DNA of 64,000 nt from Basidiobolus meristosporus CBS 931.73 (GCA_002104905.1 MCFE01000318.1:32141-96140); one strand, 5' to 3'; positions 13,799-27,468 are shown, counted from the first letter of the stretch. Translations and numbers: made by a program. The notes: generated by a model from the letters alone, not told the origin.

Positions 13799-14925
13799 TG
13801 TGGTAATAGAAAGTATTCCATTACTACAATATCTCTAAACCAATATTGCACTCATTTCTTTATTTTGCTTTTTGCTATCATAACACACAAGTGAAAGATC
13901 AAGCATTTCCAACTTTGAAGAAAAAATGCTCCAGACCCTGGCAAGCAATCCACCCAAGAATATTATGTCATACAGAACACATAGTAGCCAGCACATGTTT
14001 CAAATTACAGCTCATTTGAAGCAGTACTTAAGGAGTTATAACCAAAAGAGTCCAATTATTATAAATACTATGCATTATTGCTAGGATTACTATGGTGACT
14101 TTGATTGCCTGTAACTTTCAAACCAGCAAGTCAAATCATGTGATACTTTCACAGGTGCTGCGTCTATGTCCAATCTGCACTACTGCAAATTTTAGTCTTG
14201 TACCACGTGTATTGCTTGCGCAATTGCCCAAAAACTTTGATCATTCAAGATTTTCATATATATGACTTCCCCAGCTGAAAAATAAAGGGAGAGCCTCTCT
14301 TTCCAGAATCTCCACACTACAATTACAAGTTTAAAGGCTATTAGACCTCCCCTGCATCACTTGCACTGTTGAGTATTCTGACTTTGATTGGCACTACATC
14401 AGTAAAGAGACTGCAAAGTGCCCAAGAATCCAATCTAAGTTCTACAACAAAACTACCACTTTTCCATTGGAAACGTCTCCTCTAAGAAACCCCTTTACTC
14501 TAAAGACACCACTTTAGACACCCCTTTGGTGTAAAGTCCACCTTAGAGGCCACTACAAGAAGCCCCTTTACTCAAAAGACATCCCTTTGGACACCCCTTC
14601 AGGTTAAAGGGGAGTTCAGAATCTCCATATTAGGATATATTTTCTCAGAAAGGAAAGTGAGCTCCAAGTAAGGAAAGGTTACTATAAAAGTAAATAAGCC
14701 CATTAGTTGACAGAAGGTCAGAACACTGCTGTAGAAGTGATAAACACTGCCTGCAGTATATTTTGAGCCTAAGATTGAGGAAATTAGTGAAAGTTATATC
14801 TTCTATTGGTATATCAAACTCCCAATAAACTATTTCAATATTAGCATACTGAAAGTTGTTGTATAATGTTGATTAGCCTCTGCATTGTAGAACAAGCCCC
14901 AAACTAATCATAATACAACACAACA
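13799..14925. mobile_element. solo LTR, family C (1127 bp), inside the LTR-A 3' LTR
   Basis: TGTGGT...ACAACA termini and 4-bp TSD CATC; removing it restores LTR-A. Confidence 0.75.
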
Positions 14926-15867
14926 CATCCCTACCATTTCAATTCCATATATGGTGTTTCAATGTTGCACAGGTTTCAGACTACTGATTGCTGATTGGTT
15001 CAATGTGCTGTGCCTTTTAGAACCTTCCAGGAAATTTTTGGCATATTTTTAGCTTATAGTGATGTCATCAAAAATTCCACTGATGCCTAGTATCTTCTAG
15101 AACCTTGTCATTAGTAATCACTTGGCAATCAGGAAAAGTATTTAAGGGAAAGCAATCCTTCATCAATAAATCATGCCTTCTATCAGTAACACTTCTACCT
15201 TATTGATTAGCAGTTGATCACTGCACCTGCCTTCAACAGAATATCTCAGACCTGCCATCAAGGAGCTTTTCAGGGTAGTGCACAAGACACACAGAGGCCT
15301 TTGGAGACACTTGGAGCACCTAGGAAGCTAGAGAAGCAGGAGCTTTTACCATAGTGACATATTGACAAAGACACCAGTGGTTAGACACAGAGGTTATTGC
15401 ACCCATCAGACACCTCACAGACCTTGAGTTGTGTAGCTTCTCCCAGGAGTACCTCTACACCACTATACCACTGGTCTTTATCACTGCAAGGTCCTTCATT
15501 GCTACTTTGACTGAGTGCTTCTTGAGTGTTAACATGCTTTTTCCTTGATGAATGTTGGGCTGGCATATCCATGTCTGCCTGCTTGTCCCATATTAGCAAA
15601 CTTCTAGCTACCTAGGCATTACTTTGACGCTTGTCTGAAGCTTTTGACCTTGCTTGCAACAGGCTCTTGAGGAAGCTGCTGGTTTTTAGCCATGGCACCC
15701 TTGTTCTTCTGCTTTTAATAGTTTCTGCTACTTTTAAGATACTTTCTTAGTATACCAATGCTGGCCCAAGATCTGTTTGCCCATTTGAAATCTTGGATAA
15801 TACTCATGGAACAAGTAAAGTGCATTCCACTTGGCCTTGAGTTCCTGATGGAATCATGGTATGCCAG

Positions 15868-16938
15868 TGTGATGGTGTATAAGTTCAAGGAAGCAATACG
15901 TCCCACACTTCTCAAGTGTTATGTGTGTGGGGTGCTCACTGGGTGCAATAACCTCTGGCAAAAGCTTGCTAGGAATACTTGGGTTCTGTCTCTAATCAAA
16001 TGTGAAGGGGAATAAAGCCACAAGCTTGTCAAGGGAAAACTATTGAGCTACAATCCCCAACTTAGTTGGTGTCTTAACAAAAGTATGTGCTGGGTTCAGC
16101 ATCCTTTGAGATGACAATGTACTAAAGCTTCCAAAGTCAAAACAACTGTAAACTCCACCAGCAGGGACTTGATAAGAATGCAGCTGTGGTCAATAGTTAC
16201 AAAGACAGAAAAGTATCTTTGCCTGTACAAGAACAAACTTGGGAAAGAATCAAATATAATAAAAGATACCTACTCCGAGTATTCCTCACAAGTAGTGCCT
16301 CCAAGGTCAGTTGGCTGTCAGCGTGGTTTCCTGGGAGTGTCCTGTGGTATGGGGTTGGAAGTTCAGGTAGCAGTAGGTAGCAGTGATCACACTAATCAAC
16401 AAGTTGGTATATTGATAAAAGGGATGATGATTTATTGTTGAGGGAGAGCCTCCCTTATATACTTTTCTTACTGGCTAAGTGATTACTAATCATGGTGTTC
16501 CAGAAGGTTCTGGATATCAGTAGAAATCTTAATGACATCAGAATGACCTAAGAATGTTCTAAGTAGGTGCCAGAAGGTTCTAAGAGGCAGAGCACATCCA
16601 ACCAATCAGGAATCAGTATTCTGAAACCTGCGTAACATGGGGATACCATATATGGTATGGAAATGGAAGGGATGGTGACACGGGTTGATCATGTGTCACA
16701 GTTACTGGCGCGGGTACTTGCCTAATATAGAAGTACTTATAGCTAGTAATCTTACATAAAGTGAGGGGTAACTTATGCAATAAGGTAAGCAGGTGTGATA
16801 GTCAACCGACTTATGGGATAGTACTGATTGGGTAAGATAAATGGGATAAAACTAAAATAAGTGTAGTAGAGATATAGGGAAGTAGAAAATAAGGGAATGA
16901 GCACATCTGTCAGTGGGTGTCACTGTCACCCCACTACA
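15868..16938 (-). mobile_element. solo LTR, family B (1071 bp)
   Basis: TG...CA termini; TSD CCAG/CCGG; shares its core and TACACCACCACA-type end with LTR-A. Confidence 0.88.
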
Positions 16939-17529
16939 CCGGCCATAAGGTGATGGTATGCTAGACTTCCTACAGCCCTTGAATATAAGCCTACTGTCCA
17001 TTATTGACCTTAATGGCTTCATGGATCTTCAATGTCTTTTATTTCTAGGCCCTGGTATAAGCACCACATTGTCTCCCTCCCATGCTGTGATAGATTCTTT
17101 TGTGGGCTTTAACTTTGGTCACTTATGCTGTGCTTCAAAGACTGTACATTTTTCCTCTGCTGTTACATTAGGAAATGGCTCAATTCTTGGCTGTGACACT
17201 GAGCTACCTGAGTTCCTTCTTTGCAGCAAAGACACTGCTTTCTCTACCTGGGGTATTGATTGCTCTACATGTATTATCTGCTCATCCGGTTTCTGGATTA
17301 CTTCCTGATTTCTCAGGGCCATTGCATCTATCCTATCTGGCAGTGTTCCTAATTGCTTCATTAATGCTTTGGTATGAGCTGACAGCATACTTGCTAATAT
17401 GGGTGGTGGTGATGTTATGATGGCTACTTGCTGGTCCTCAACTGAGTTACTACATTTGCTACATTCTCATCTGCCTGAGCATAATAGTCAGCTTGTGGCT
17501 CTACAGAGGTTCTCAATTGCCTACTTGAC

Positions 17530-19490
17530 TGAGAGCCTGAGGAGTATAGCTCTGACAAAGAAGGCTCACAGATGGATTGTGAGCCTATCTCCCCAAACAA
17601 TAGTAACACACATGAGCCTGGTCAAATCACATATTGCAATGAAACAACACCCATTGAAACAAATGCCAAGGATACTTTATGGAGCCAGGAAAGCCCAGTA
17701 AACCATCTACCGGTAAATGATGTAATGCTGTAGCTAGTGAAGTGGTGTGTTTCCACTAATATCAATAATTGGTGCTTTGAGGATTTATTACTACTTGTTG
17801 CCAAAATTATTCTGGGATGCTACTTACCATATTGATGGCATAAGTGGACAACTATCATGAGGCTTGCACCTTATGACCCAGAGACTGTTCTGACTACAGC
17901 ATGTGCTGACAGTTGTATGGCATACACATCCAAAATGCTACCATTGCAATGTGTCCCAATTGTCAGGAATCCACCACCATTGAGGGAAAACATTGTTCAC
18001 ACTCCAGATATATTCTGGTAATACCCTGTCTAAAGAAGCCAATGCAATCCAACAAATAGTGCAAAGGTATACAGTACTGCACTCAGTATCAATCAAGCTC
18101 AAACATATTGGAAATATTCAATGGCAAACATTACAAACAGCCAGGATACAAGGGCTACTTTGAAGGTATGTACTGCCTTAGCACTTAATGGGTTTTTATT
18201 AAATAAGTACTTGACCAGCACATGCTGCTGGCCACTGATTCTCATTGATCTAAATCTGCCACCTTTCTTATGGTATCCAAGCAAATATCTGATGGTAGCC
18301 TCACTGGTATCTGGGCCTAAATCACTGTCCAACTTGTATTGCTACCTGCATCCATTGCTGGATGAATTTATTATGCATTCCAGCAGGTTAACAGTAAATG
18401 GCTATCATGCCAAAGTGCATATTATAATCTGCATTGGTGATAACCCAGCCATCAGAAAGATAGCTGGCTTTTCTGGGCACTATGGATGGTATTGCTGTCA
18501 AATGTGTAAGATCCTGGGATTTACTCCATAACTCTCACACATCATTATTGCCCAAACATCAGCACTAAGTACATCATCTTACCACAGAGTGATTGTACAG
18601 AAGTCAGCATGCAATTGCAGCAAAGTTGGCAAGCTATAAGTCATTAGCTGGAATATGACATCAGTTTGAAACCTGAGATACTTAAGATAAATGGTATCTG
18701 TATGGAGCAAAAGCTTTCCTTTGGGAGCAATGCATTGGATTTTCAACAATATCCCTTTACTGATGACCAAGTTGTACCTGGGGAATTTCAAGCTAAATGA
18801 GCCCTTCAAGATAACAGAGAAGCTTGAAAGAATTTGCTAGATGTTACAGAGCATCCTTTACCCTAAATATCTCAAATGGGACCCAATCAATATTCATATG
18901 AATATGCACAAATACAAATGCAAAGATTGGATGAACTGGATACATATTTATTCAAGTGGCCTTCTGAGCCATTCCTATCAAGAGTACACTGGAAGCATTG
19001 GGAATCATATGTGGACATTGTAGGAGTATTTATGCAGAAGTAGAGAACCAATGCCAACTTGAAGCATCAACAGCTTTTATGAAAAGTGTCTGTGATGGGA
19101 CTTGAGCAGTTATACTACAAACATAAAGCTCAATGTGTTGATCTCTGCTGCTACTATATCCATTCTCTACTCCATCTGGCTTGGTGTGTGAATATTACTG
19201 TGCCTTGCTTCACCTTTGGGGAGTTTCCTATGGAGCAGATGTGTGGGGAGGTGGGAAGACAAATCAAATTGCAGGTACTGCCATATCCCAGTCTCATCAA
19301 GTATATCACCTTCAGGTCTGTCATGGATGTGATGAGTTGGCACACAGAGGATAGCCAGGAAAAGTTGGAAAATACTGTGGACAGATGTGCACATGGTGAC
19401 ACCTATGCCTAGGGCATTAAGAAGCTAAGCAGCCCCAATGAGTGGGTAATCAGTGATGTAATACAAATTTGTGTTGGGTACAACAAGCAA
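17530..19490 (+). pseudogene. CACTA-family transposase (tnp2 plus DUF4218-like), degenerate
   Basis: CWPLILIDLNLPP, SGPKSLSNLYCYLHPLLDE, IGDNPAIRKIAGFSGHYG..CCQMC, HLAWCV...FGEFPMEQMCGE. Confidence 0.88.
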
Positions 19491-20189
19491 CATTTCTTGG
19501 CAGCTAAATTTGAGTGCTGTGTGTCACCTAATGTCTTCTAGGCATTCTTTGCTGTTTTTGCACATGAGCATTGAATTAGCAACTTGTTTTTGACATGGAG
19601 GCAAATGCAGTTAACAGCACTTTGATCTTTCTTCTTGTACTTGAAGGGTTTCTCTCCTATGCTTTTAGCAGGGCATTCTTCACCCATGACAATATCCCAA
19701 AGACCTCTTTCTTGTAGCAGCATAGTCATGTTCACCTTCCCCACTTGGTAGTTAGATGCATTCAACTTTTCAGCAGACAGAAAATTGCTATGATAGCAGT
19801 AGTAGACATTGCAGAGAGCAATAACTTAAGGGCTCATAACCTACTGTAAGAATCTTGGAGAAACTGAAAGTAATTGGGAGAACAAGTAGATTATTAGGTT
19901 CTCACTTAATGATGTAATTAGTGTGTAAGTAGTGTTTATACTTCTACTTGGACTTGGCTTGAAAACACCTAGAGTAGGTCCAGAAAGTTCCTAAGAGCAT
20001 ATGTGCCACATCTGGGGCTGTTCCAACAATGCTGAGAATTTTCATATTCTGGGTACCTCATATTTTGGTGAAAATACTCAGAGCAAATCTCAACAAGGAT
20101 TTTGGTCAGTATTCTCTAGGATTTGGAGGTAATGATCTAAGTGACCAAGTTAGGTGAATATTTAGATAGAATTACATGTCTTTACAACA
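19491..20189 (-). mobile_element. Copia-1 5' fragment: LTR 19842-20189, PBS 19830-19841, gag start
   Basis: ORF MNASNYQVGKVNMTMLLQERGLWD; minus-strand GGTTATGAGCCC directly after the LTR. Confidence 0.88.
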
Positions 20190-20562
20190 CCCTGGACTTG
20201 ATCAGATTCCTTGCTGTGGTATTGTAGGGTCTGTTTGCCTTACTCTCATTGCAGTGGCCTAAAAATATGCATCTTCACATTTTGGCTCAAATTTTGACTG
20301 ATGTTCAGGAAGTTTCTTAGCATATAGTGTACACTGATATACTTTGAGATGTTCTGTACTTGTATAGTATTCAAATAAGCCGCAAATGGAGTACAATCAC
20401 AAAGTATGCTGTTGTAACTTCTATTTTTAAGTTATGCAGCTGTGTCAACTGATTCCCCCTGTTAAACAAAGGATACTTTTTGATCACAGATCATAGATCT
20501 ACCGTATCAGTTATTGATATGCTTGCAATTTCTGCAACTCTACTTTGCTATGAGGAGTACGG

Positions 20563-21632
20563 TGTGGTGGTGTATAGGTCCAAGGGAGAGATATGTCCAA
20601 CACTTCTCAAGTGTTTTGTGTGTGGGGTATTCACTGGGTGCAATAACCTCTGGCAAAAGCTTGCTAGGAATACTTGGGTTCTGTTTCTAATCTAATGTGA
20701 AGGGGAATAAAGCCACAAGCTTGTCAAGGGAAAACTATTGAGCTACAATCCCCAACTTAGTTGGTGTCTTAACAAAAGTATGTGCTGGGTTCAGCATCCT
20801 TTGAGATGACAATGTACTAAAGCTTCCAAAGTCAAAACAACTGTAAACTCCACCAGCAGGGACTTGATAAGAATGCAGCTGTGGTCAATAGTTACAAAGA
20901 CAGAAAAGTATCTTTGCCTGTACAAGAACAAACTTGGGAAAGAATCAAATATAATAAAAGATACCTACTCCGAGTATTCCTCACAAGTAGTGCCTCCAAG
21001 GTCAGTTGGCTGTCAGCATGGTTTCCTGGGAGTGTCCTGTGGTCTAGGGTTGGAAGTTCAGGTAGCAGCAGGTAGCAGTGATCACACTAATCAACAAGTT
21101 GGTATATTGATAAAAGGGATGATGATTTATTGTTGAGGGAGAGCCTCCCTTATATACTTTTCTTACTGGCTAAGTGATTACTAATCATGGTGTTCCAGAA
21201 GGTTCTGGATATCAGTAGAAATCTTAATGACATCAGAATGACCTAAGAATGTTCTAAGTAGGTGCCGGAAGGTTCTAAGAGGCACAGCACATCCAACCAA
21301 TCAGGAGTCAATATTCTGAAACCTGTGTAACATGGGGATACCATATATGGTATGAGAATGGTAGGGATGGTGACACGGGTTGATCATGTGTCACAGTTAC
21401 TGGCGCGGGTACATGCTTAATATAGAAGCACTTGTAGCTAGTAATGTTACATAAAGTGAGGGTAACTTATGCAATAAGGTAAGCAGGTGTGATAGTCAAC
21501 CAACTTATGGGATAGTACTGATTGGGTAAGATAAATGGGATAAAACTAAAATAAGTGTAGTAGAGATATAGGGAAGTGGAAAATAAGGGAATGAGCACAT
21601 CTGTCAGTGGGTGTCACTGTCACCCCACTACA
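20563..21632 (-). mobile_element. solo LTR, family B (1070 bp)
   Basis: Near-identical to 15868-16938; perfect 4-bp TSD ACGG. Confidence 0.9.
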
Positions 21633-22428
21633 ACGGTACAGTAGTCTCTTGATTTTGCAGAAGTGGATGACAAGTTTTGAGGTATATTCTCCACCATAGT
21701 CAGAGTGAATTTTCTTGATTTTTTCTCCAGCTTTGCTCTCCACCACAGCATTAGACTCCATAAGCTTAGACAGAGCTTCTTCCTTTCTCTGCACAAAGTA
21801 CACCTCCATGTATCTTGTATAATCATCAGCAAAAGTGATTAAATAATTCATCCTACCTAAGGATAATTTTGCATAGGTCCACAAGGATCTGAGTGAGTTA
21901 GATCTATAATTTTGCTGGTTGTGACTAGCCCAGAGCCCTTGAACAGTTCTCTGGCCTATTTTCTATGTACACAGGCTTCACGGTACTACAAATCAGCTGT
22001 GGAATCAACTTTACTCTGGAATTAGCTAATCTTTAACTATTTTGCTCAAATAATGAAAATTGATGGGTACAAATGTCTAATGAAAAGCATTAGTGTTTCT
22101 TCAGCCAAGTTAATTGGCTTCCTGTTATGATGGAATATAGGTCAAGTTGTACAGATTCTGATCTCCAATACACAAAGCAATATGAACACCATTGTGATCA
22201 GTGATGCTGCATCCAGAATTGTCAGAGCTGAAACTGAGTCCCTCTGGTGCAGCCTTGCTTACAGATAGTAGGTTCTTGGCTATTTCAAGTACATAAAATA
22301 TTTCTTTAAGAGTCAGTATATGGCTTCCTTCACTTCTTCTAAGGTTTACTAGGATGGCTCCTCCTCCTATTGCATTGGGTGTTATATTGTCACCAATGAA
22401 AACCTTCCTAACTGGAATTTTCGATATT

Positions 22429-22639
22429 AGACTTGTTCCATCATTCCAGCTGATCATAGTGCCCAATAGTGCCATAGCATGCCAGATGGTGCCTGATCAT
22501 ACCACAGAGTGCTTGATGGTGCCATACAGTGCCAATTTGGGATCAAAATTGACATGCATATGACCCTAAAATATCAAATTAATAACAAAATATACAGCAC
22601 TTTCTGGCACTATGATCAATGGCACAATGGAGCAAGTCT
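22429..22639. mobile_element. MITE (211 bp) with AGACTTGTTCC TIRs
   Basis: AGACTTGTTCC...GGAGCAAGTCT; TSD ATT; removal restores colinearity with the copia protease region. Confidence 0.8.
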
Positions 22640-23339
22640 ATTATATAAAAGTTCCTTTCAGTGTGTAAAGTGTCAAGATGCTCAGAGTCAATAAACCACA
22701 TGTGAGAATCCTTGTCTGTGGTGGTATTTAGTGCTAATATGAATAGTCTCTATTCTATTACTGCAGCAATTCCCTATTTAGGCTTTTCCTGCAAGCTATC
22801 TCTTTTTTTGAAATGCTGGTCTGATGAGTGTCCTTTTCTTTTGCAATAGTTGAGACACAAATTGGCATTGCCTTTAGGAGGGTCCTAATTATCTTTTCTA
22901 TGGGCTATTATTGCTTATTAATGCATTTTCTTTTTACTTCTTGTTGGCACTTGATTTTCTCAATTCTACATCTGGAAGACTTCCTTCAACCTAATTTATG
23001 GTCAAATCTTCAGTTCTGGACTGTAGTGCTGATACAACGGCCATGAAAGTTGTATTTCAGGCTCTTCAGGATGGTAACTGTCATATCCATCTCAGTAGTT
23101 AGTACACCCACAGGTTCCACCTCATTCACCTGCTACATAATTCTGTTAATTAGATTTTTCATTTCTCTGCCTGGCAGCAGCTTTGTGGTAAAGAGTTTTT
23201 GTTACAAATACATTTTCTTAGCAGCTAGACTGGTATGTGTCTTCTAGTGCCTTCCCAGCATTTTTTTCTGTTGTTGCTCTTTACCATTGAATTAGCAAGT
23301 TTGTCTTTGACATAGAGGCATTTGCAGTTAAAGACACTC

Positions 23340-23993
23340 ATTAGAGTTATCCACATCTCATGTATATCCTGCTTAGTTATTAGCATTGGTTATCCCAGAT
23401 GTTATTCCGCTTTGTGATCCATTACACATGACTCCAGTCTGTGATACCATCCCTTCCATTTAAATACCATATATAGCATTTCTATATTTTACAGGCTTCA
23501 GACTACTCATTCATGATTGGTTGGATGTGCTGAGCCCTTTAGAACCTTCCAGGACATTCTTGACGTAGTTATAGCTCATAGGGATGTCATCAAGGATTCT
23601 GCTGATGACTGAAATTTTCTAGAACCTGGTCATTAGTTGTCACTTGGCAATCAGGAGAAGTATTTAAGGGTGGTCAATCCCTCATCAATACATCATCCCT
23701 TCTATCAGTAATACTTCTCCCTTATTGATTAGTAGTTGATCATTGCACCTGCCTTCAACAGAAATATCTCAGACCTGCCATCAAGGAGCTTTCCAAGGGT
23801 AGTGCACAAGACACACAGAGGCCTTTGCAGACACTTGGAGCACCTAGGAAGCTAGAGAAGCAGGAGCCTATTCCATAGTGACATCTTAGCAAAGACACCA
23901 GCAGGTTCAACCCAGAGGTTATTGCACCCATCAGACACCTCACACACCTTGAGTTGTGTAGCTTCTCCCAGGAGAACCTCTACACCAACAACA
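23340..23993 (+). repeat. 5'-truncated LTR-A
   Basis: Matches about 10850-11522. Confidence 0.85.
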
Positions 23994-25898
23994 GCAGAGA
24001 ACTACACATTCAGCTTTATGTTTGTAGTATAGCCACTCAAATCTCATCACAGACACATTGCACAACAGCTGTACATGTGTCAAGTTGGCATTGGTGATCC
24101 ACTTCTGGATAAATATTCCTACAATGCCCACATATGACTCCCAATGCTTCCAATGTACTCTTGGTAGGAATGGCTTCAGAATTCCACTTGAATGAATACA
24201 TATCCAGCTCATCCAGTCCTTGCACTTGTATTGCTGTATGGGCATATGAATGTTGATTAGGAGCCTGTGAGTAGTAGTTACGGTAGCAGATGCTGTGTAA
24301 TATCTTGCCAATTCTTTAAAATTTCTTCCATATCTCAGATGGCTCATTTGGCTTGAAATGCCCCATATACAACTTGGTCATCAGTGTAGGGATATTGCTC
24401 AGAGCAAATGCATTGCTCCTAGTGGAAAGCTTTAGCTCCAAAAGATACCCCCTATCTTGAGTATCTCCATTTCCAATTAATTTCATATTCTGGCCAATGA
24501 CTTTAAGCTTACTAACTCTTCTAAAATTGCATGCTGTCATACTGTACATTCACACCTGTGGAAGGATAATGTTCTTAGTATTGGGGTTTGAGTAATAATA
24601 GTGTGCATGCTATGGAGTGAGTCCCCTGGATCTCAAGCATTTAACAGCAATACCATCCATAGTGCGCAGAAAAGCCAGCTATCTTTCTGATGGCTGGGTA
24701 TCTCCAATGCAAATTATAATATGCACTTTGGCATGATAGCCATTTACTGTTATCCTGCCAGAAAGCATACAAAGTTCTACCAGCAATGAATACAGGTAAG
24801 CATTCAGGTTACTTGGTGATTTAGGCCCTGATACCAGTGAGACTACCATCAGATTTCTCTCTGATACTGAAAGATAGGCAGCAGATTCAGATTGATGAGG
24901 ATCAGTGACCAGCAGGATTTGCTGGTAGAGAACATGTTTAATGATAATCCATCAAGTGCTAGGGCAAAAGGCACGGTCATACATACCTTCAGAGTAGCCC
25001 TTACTATTAGCTGTTTGTAATGTTTGCCATCAAATACATCTGTTATGCTTGTGCTTGAATGATACTAAGTGCAGTACTTTATATCTTTGCAATATCTGTC
25101 AGACCACATGAGGTTCTTGATAGGGGTATTACAAGAATACATCCAGAGTGTGAAAATGTTTTCCTCCTATGGTGGTGGATTTGTGACAAGTTGGACCCAT
25201 TGTAATGATGGCATTTTCTGATGGGAATGCCATGCAACTGTTAACACATGCTGGATTAAGGATAGTCTTTGGGTCATATGTTGCCAGCCACATGACAGTT
25301 GTCCATTTATACCTTGTACAGGCTAGGTTGTATCCTGGGATAATTTTGGCAAGTAGTAGTAGTAAATCCTCAAAGCCCACATTACTGATATTAGTCAAAA
25401 CATGCCACTTTGCTGGCTACAACCTAACATCACTCACCAGTAGATGGATTACTGGGCACACTTGACTCTATAGAGAATTCTCAGCATTTTTTTGAATGGG
25501 TGTTGTCTCATTGCATAATGGATATTGCAGAGCTCATGAAGGCTACTGTGGTTAGGGAAGATAGGCTAACAATCCATCAGTGAGCCTGCTTCCTCAGTGC
25601 TATCACTCTGCATTCCACATTTGGAAGACTGTGGTGAGCCTAATGACATCACAAACTCACCCAATTGAGTTTTGCAAGGTGACAAGTATGGCTAGGTGCT
25701 GTTATAGAAGTATCAGTTGGCCAGCAAGATATTGTTGGTACAGTAGTGACTGGTAAATACTTGTATATGACTTGTGTGGCAAAACACTGGCAGTGATCCT
25801 TACAATACCTCCTATGCTATCTGCATGCTTCATGGCCCAGAGGCTTGCAACAATAGCCACATAGGCTTTGTTTTTTTCCCTTACAGCATTGAATCAAA

Positions 25899-26207
25899 TC
25901 CTTTGAAAAATCTTAAACTTGGAATTCATGTAACTTTTAGCTGGTATTCTGATGGTATTTTGCTGGGATTCAGCTGGTGTTTTTGGTTCAAAATTTCAAA
26001 TGCAGTTTTTGATTGAAGTAATGGGCGGCTAATGAACAAACTTGGATATGGATGCTAGTTGGCCTAGTCTCATGCCGGAGAATTTGTTGGCTTGCCTGCA
26101 CGTTAGCTCACAACAGATATATTGGGAGTTGTCAATTTTGAGAAAGTGAAATCCAGCTGATATAATGATGGTATTTTGCAGGCCTTTACTTAATTTTTTT
26201 CTTAGGG
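25899..26207. mobile_element. non-autonomous CCCTA-type MITE (309 bp)
   Basis: TCCTTTGAAAAAT...TTTTTCTTAGGG termini; TSD AAA; homologous to 59784-60105. Confidence 0.72.
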
Positions 26208-26665
26208 AAAGTTGGTTTGTCCATGGAGCAAGCAGCTTGACACTCAACAATGTAATGCAATTATATTACTTTTCATCAATACTCATGTGAGCTTAGGCCA
26301 GTCTTGTATTTGAGACATAGCACTGACATGAATGTAAGATTCAATGATGGCCTGCCATAGTAAGCATTATGAGTGAAGTTTTACCACCACATACACATAT
26401 ATATGTAACACTATTTCTCTTTTGGTTTTACTCAATTCCATATATATGCCACAAAAAAATATAGCAAAGTTGTTTGGTTCCCAACCAAACCCCAACACTG
26501 ATAGAGGCAGTGGAACAGTTGGACACCAGCTTGCTTTGCCATTCAGTGCAACAAGCATGGCTATTACCAAGAAAGGCCTTGTGGACAGCGTCCCCACAGA
26601 GGGTTTTAATGAAGACTCCTCAGGCTCTTAGTTGAGCATGCAATTGGGAATATCTGTGGAGCCGC

Positions 26666-27468
26666 TGTGGTGGTGTAGATGTACTCCTGGGAGAAGCTAC
26701 ACAATTCAAGGTGTGTGAGGTGTCTGATAGGTGCAATAACTACTGTGTCTAAATTGCTGGTGTCTTTGTCAATATGTCACTATGGTAAAAGCTCCTGCTT
26801 CTCTAGCTTCCTAGGTGCTCCAAGTGTCTCCAAAGGCCTCTGTGTGTCTTGTACACTACCTTGAAAAGCTCCTTGATGGCAAGTCTGAGATGAACTGTTG
26901 AAGGCAGGTGCAGTGATCAACTGCTAATCAATATGGTAGAGGTGTTGCTGATAGAAGGGATGATTTATTGATGAGGGATTGCTTTCCCTGAAATACTTTT
27001 CCTGATTGCCAAGTGATTACTAATGACAAGGTTCTAGAAGATACTAGGCATCAGTGGAATTCTTGATGACATCACTATAAGCTAAAATATGTCAAGAATG
27101 TCCTGGAAGGTTCTAAAAGGCACAGCACATCCAACCAATCAGGAATCAGTAGTCTGAAACCTGTGCAACATAGCAATACCATATATGGTATTGAAATGGA
27201 GAGGATGGTAACACAGACCTAGGTCATGTGTCATGGGTACTGACATGGGTACTTGCCTCATGTAGAAACATATACTGATCACTAAGCTGAATAACACCTA
27301 GGATAACTATTGCTAATAACTAATCAGGGTAAACATGATATGGGGATAATACTGATAATATGGGTAAAAGAAGAATGGGATAATACTGATATGATAAAAT
27401 ATGGATAAATATATCATAATGGCTATATGAATAAACTTGTCTGTGGGAGGTATGTTTACCCTACCACA
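26666..27468 (-). mobile_element. solo LTR-A (803 bp)
   Basis: Full-length LTR with perfect TSD CCGC. Confidence 0.92.

Larger units (their letters stand above)
10723..15467 (+). mobile_element. LTR-A retroelement with two LTRs, gag and protease only (no RT, RH or IN)
   Basis: 5' LTR 10723-11522, PBS, gag-PR, PPT 13521-13533, 3' LTR 13534-15467 (interrupted); flanks CTGC / CCAC. Confidence 0.9.
9620..17530 (-). mobile_element. CACTA-family fragment carrying the TnpA-like ORF, split by an LTR-A element (10723-15467) and an LTR-B solo LTR (15868-16938)
   Basis: Host sequence is contiguous across both insertions once the TSDs are removed (compared with 51074-53141). Confidence 0.85.
20190..23335 (-). 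mobile_element. Copia-1 internal region (gag to integrase), degenerate, with LTR-B and MITE insertions
   Basis: Reverse complement is colinear with about 170-2060; YLITFADDYTRY..YFVQRKEEAL integrase remnant. Confidence 0.88.

Noticed and set aside
23981-23997. Right flank of the truncated LTR-A (GCAG or ACAG) and left flank CTGC of LTR-D (30403-30406) as further CpG-target evidence
   Set aside because: These are single flanks; the LTR-A end is ambiguous and the ancestral host base is not clearly CG, so neither was counted
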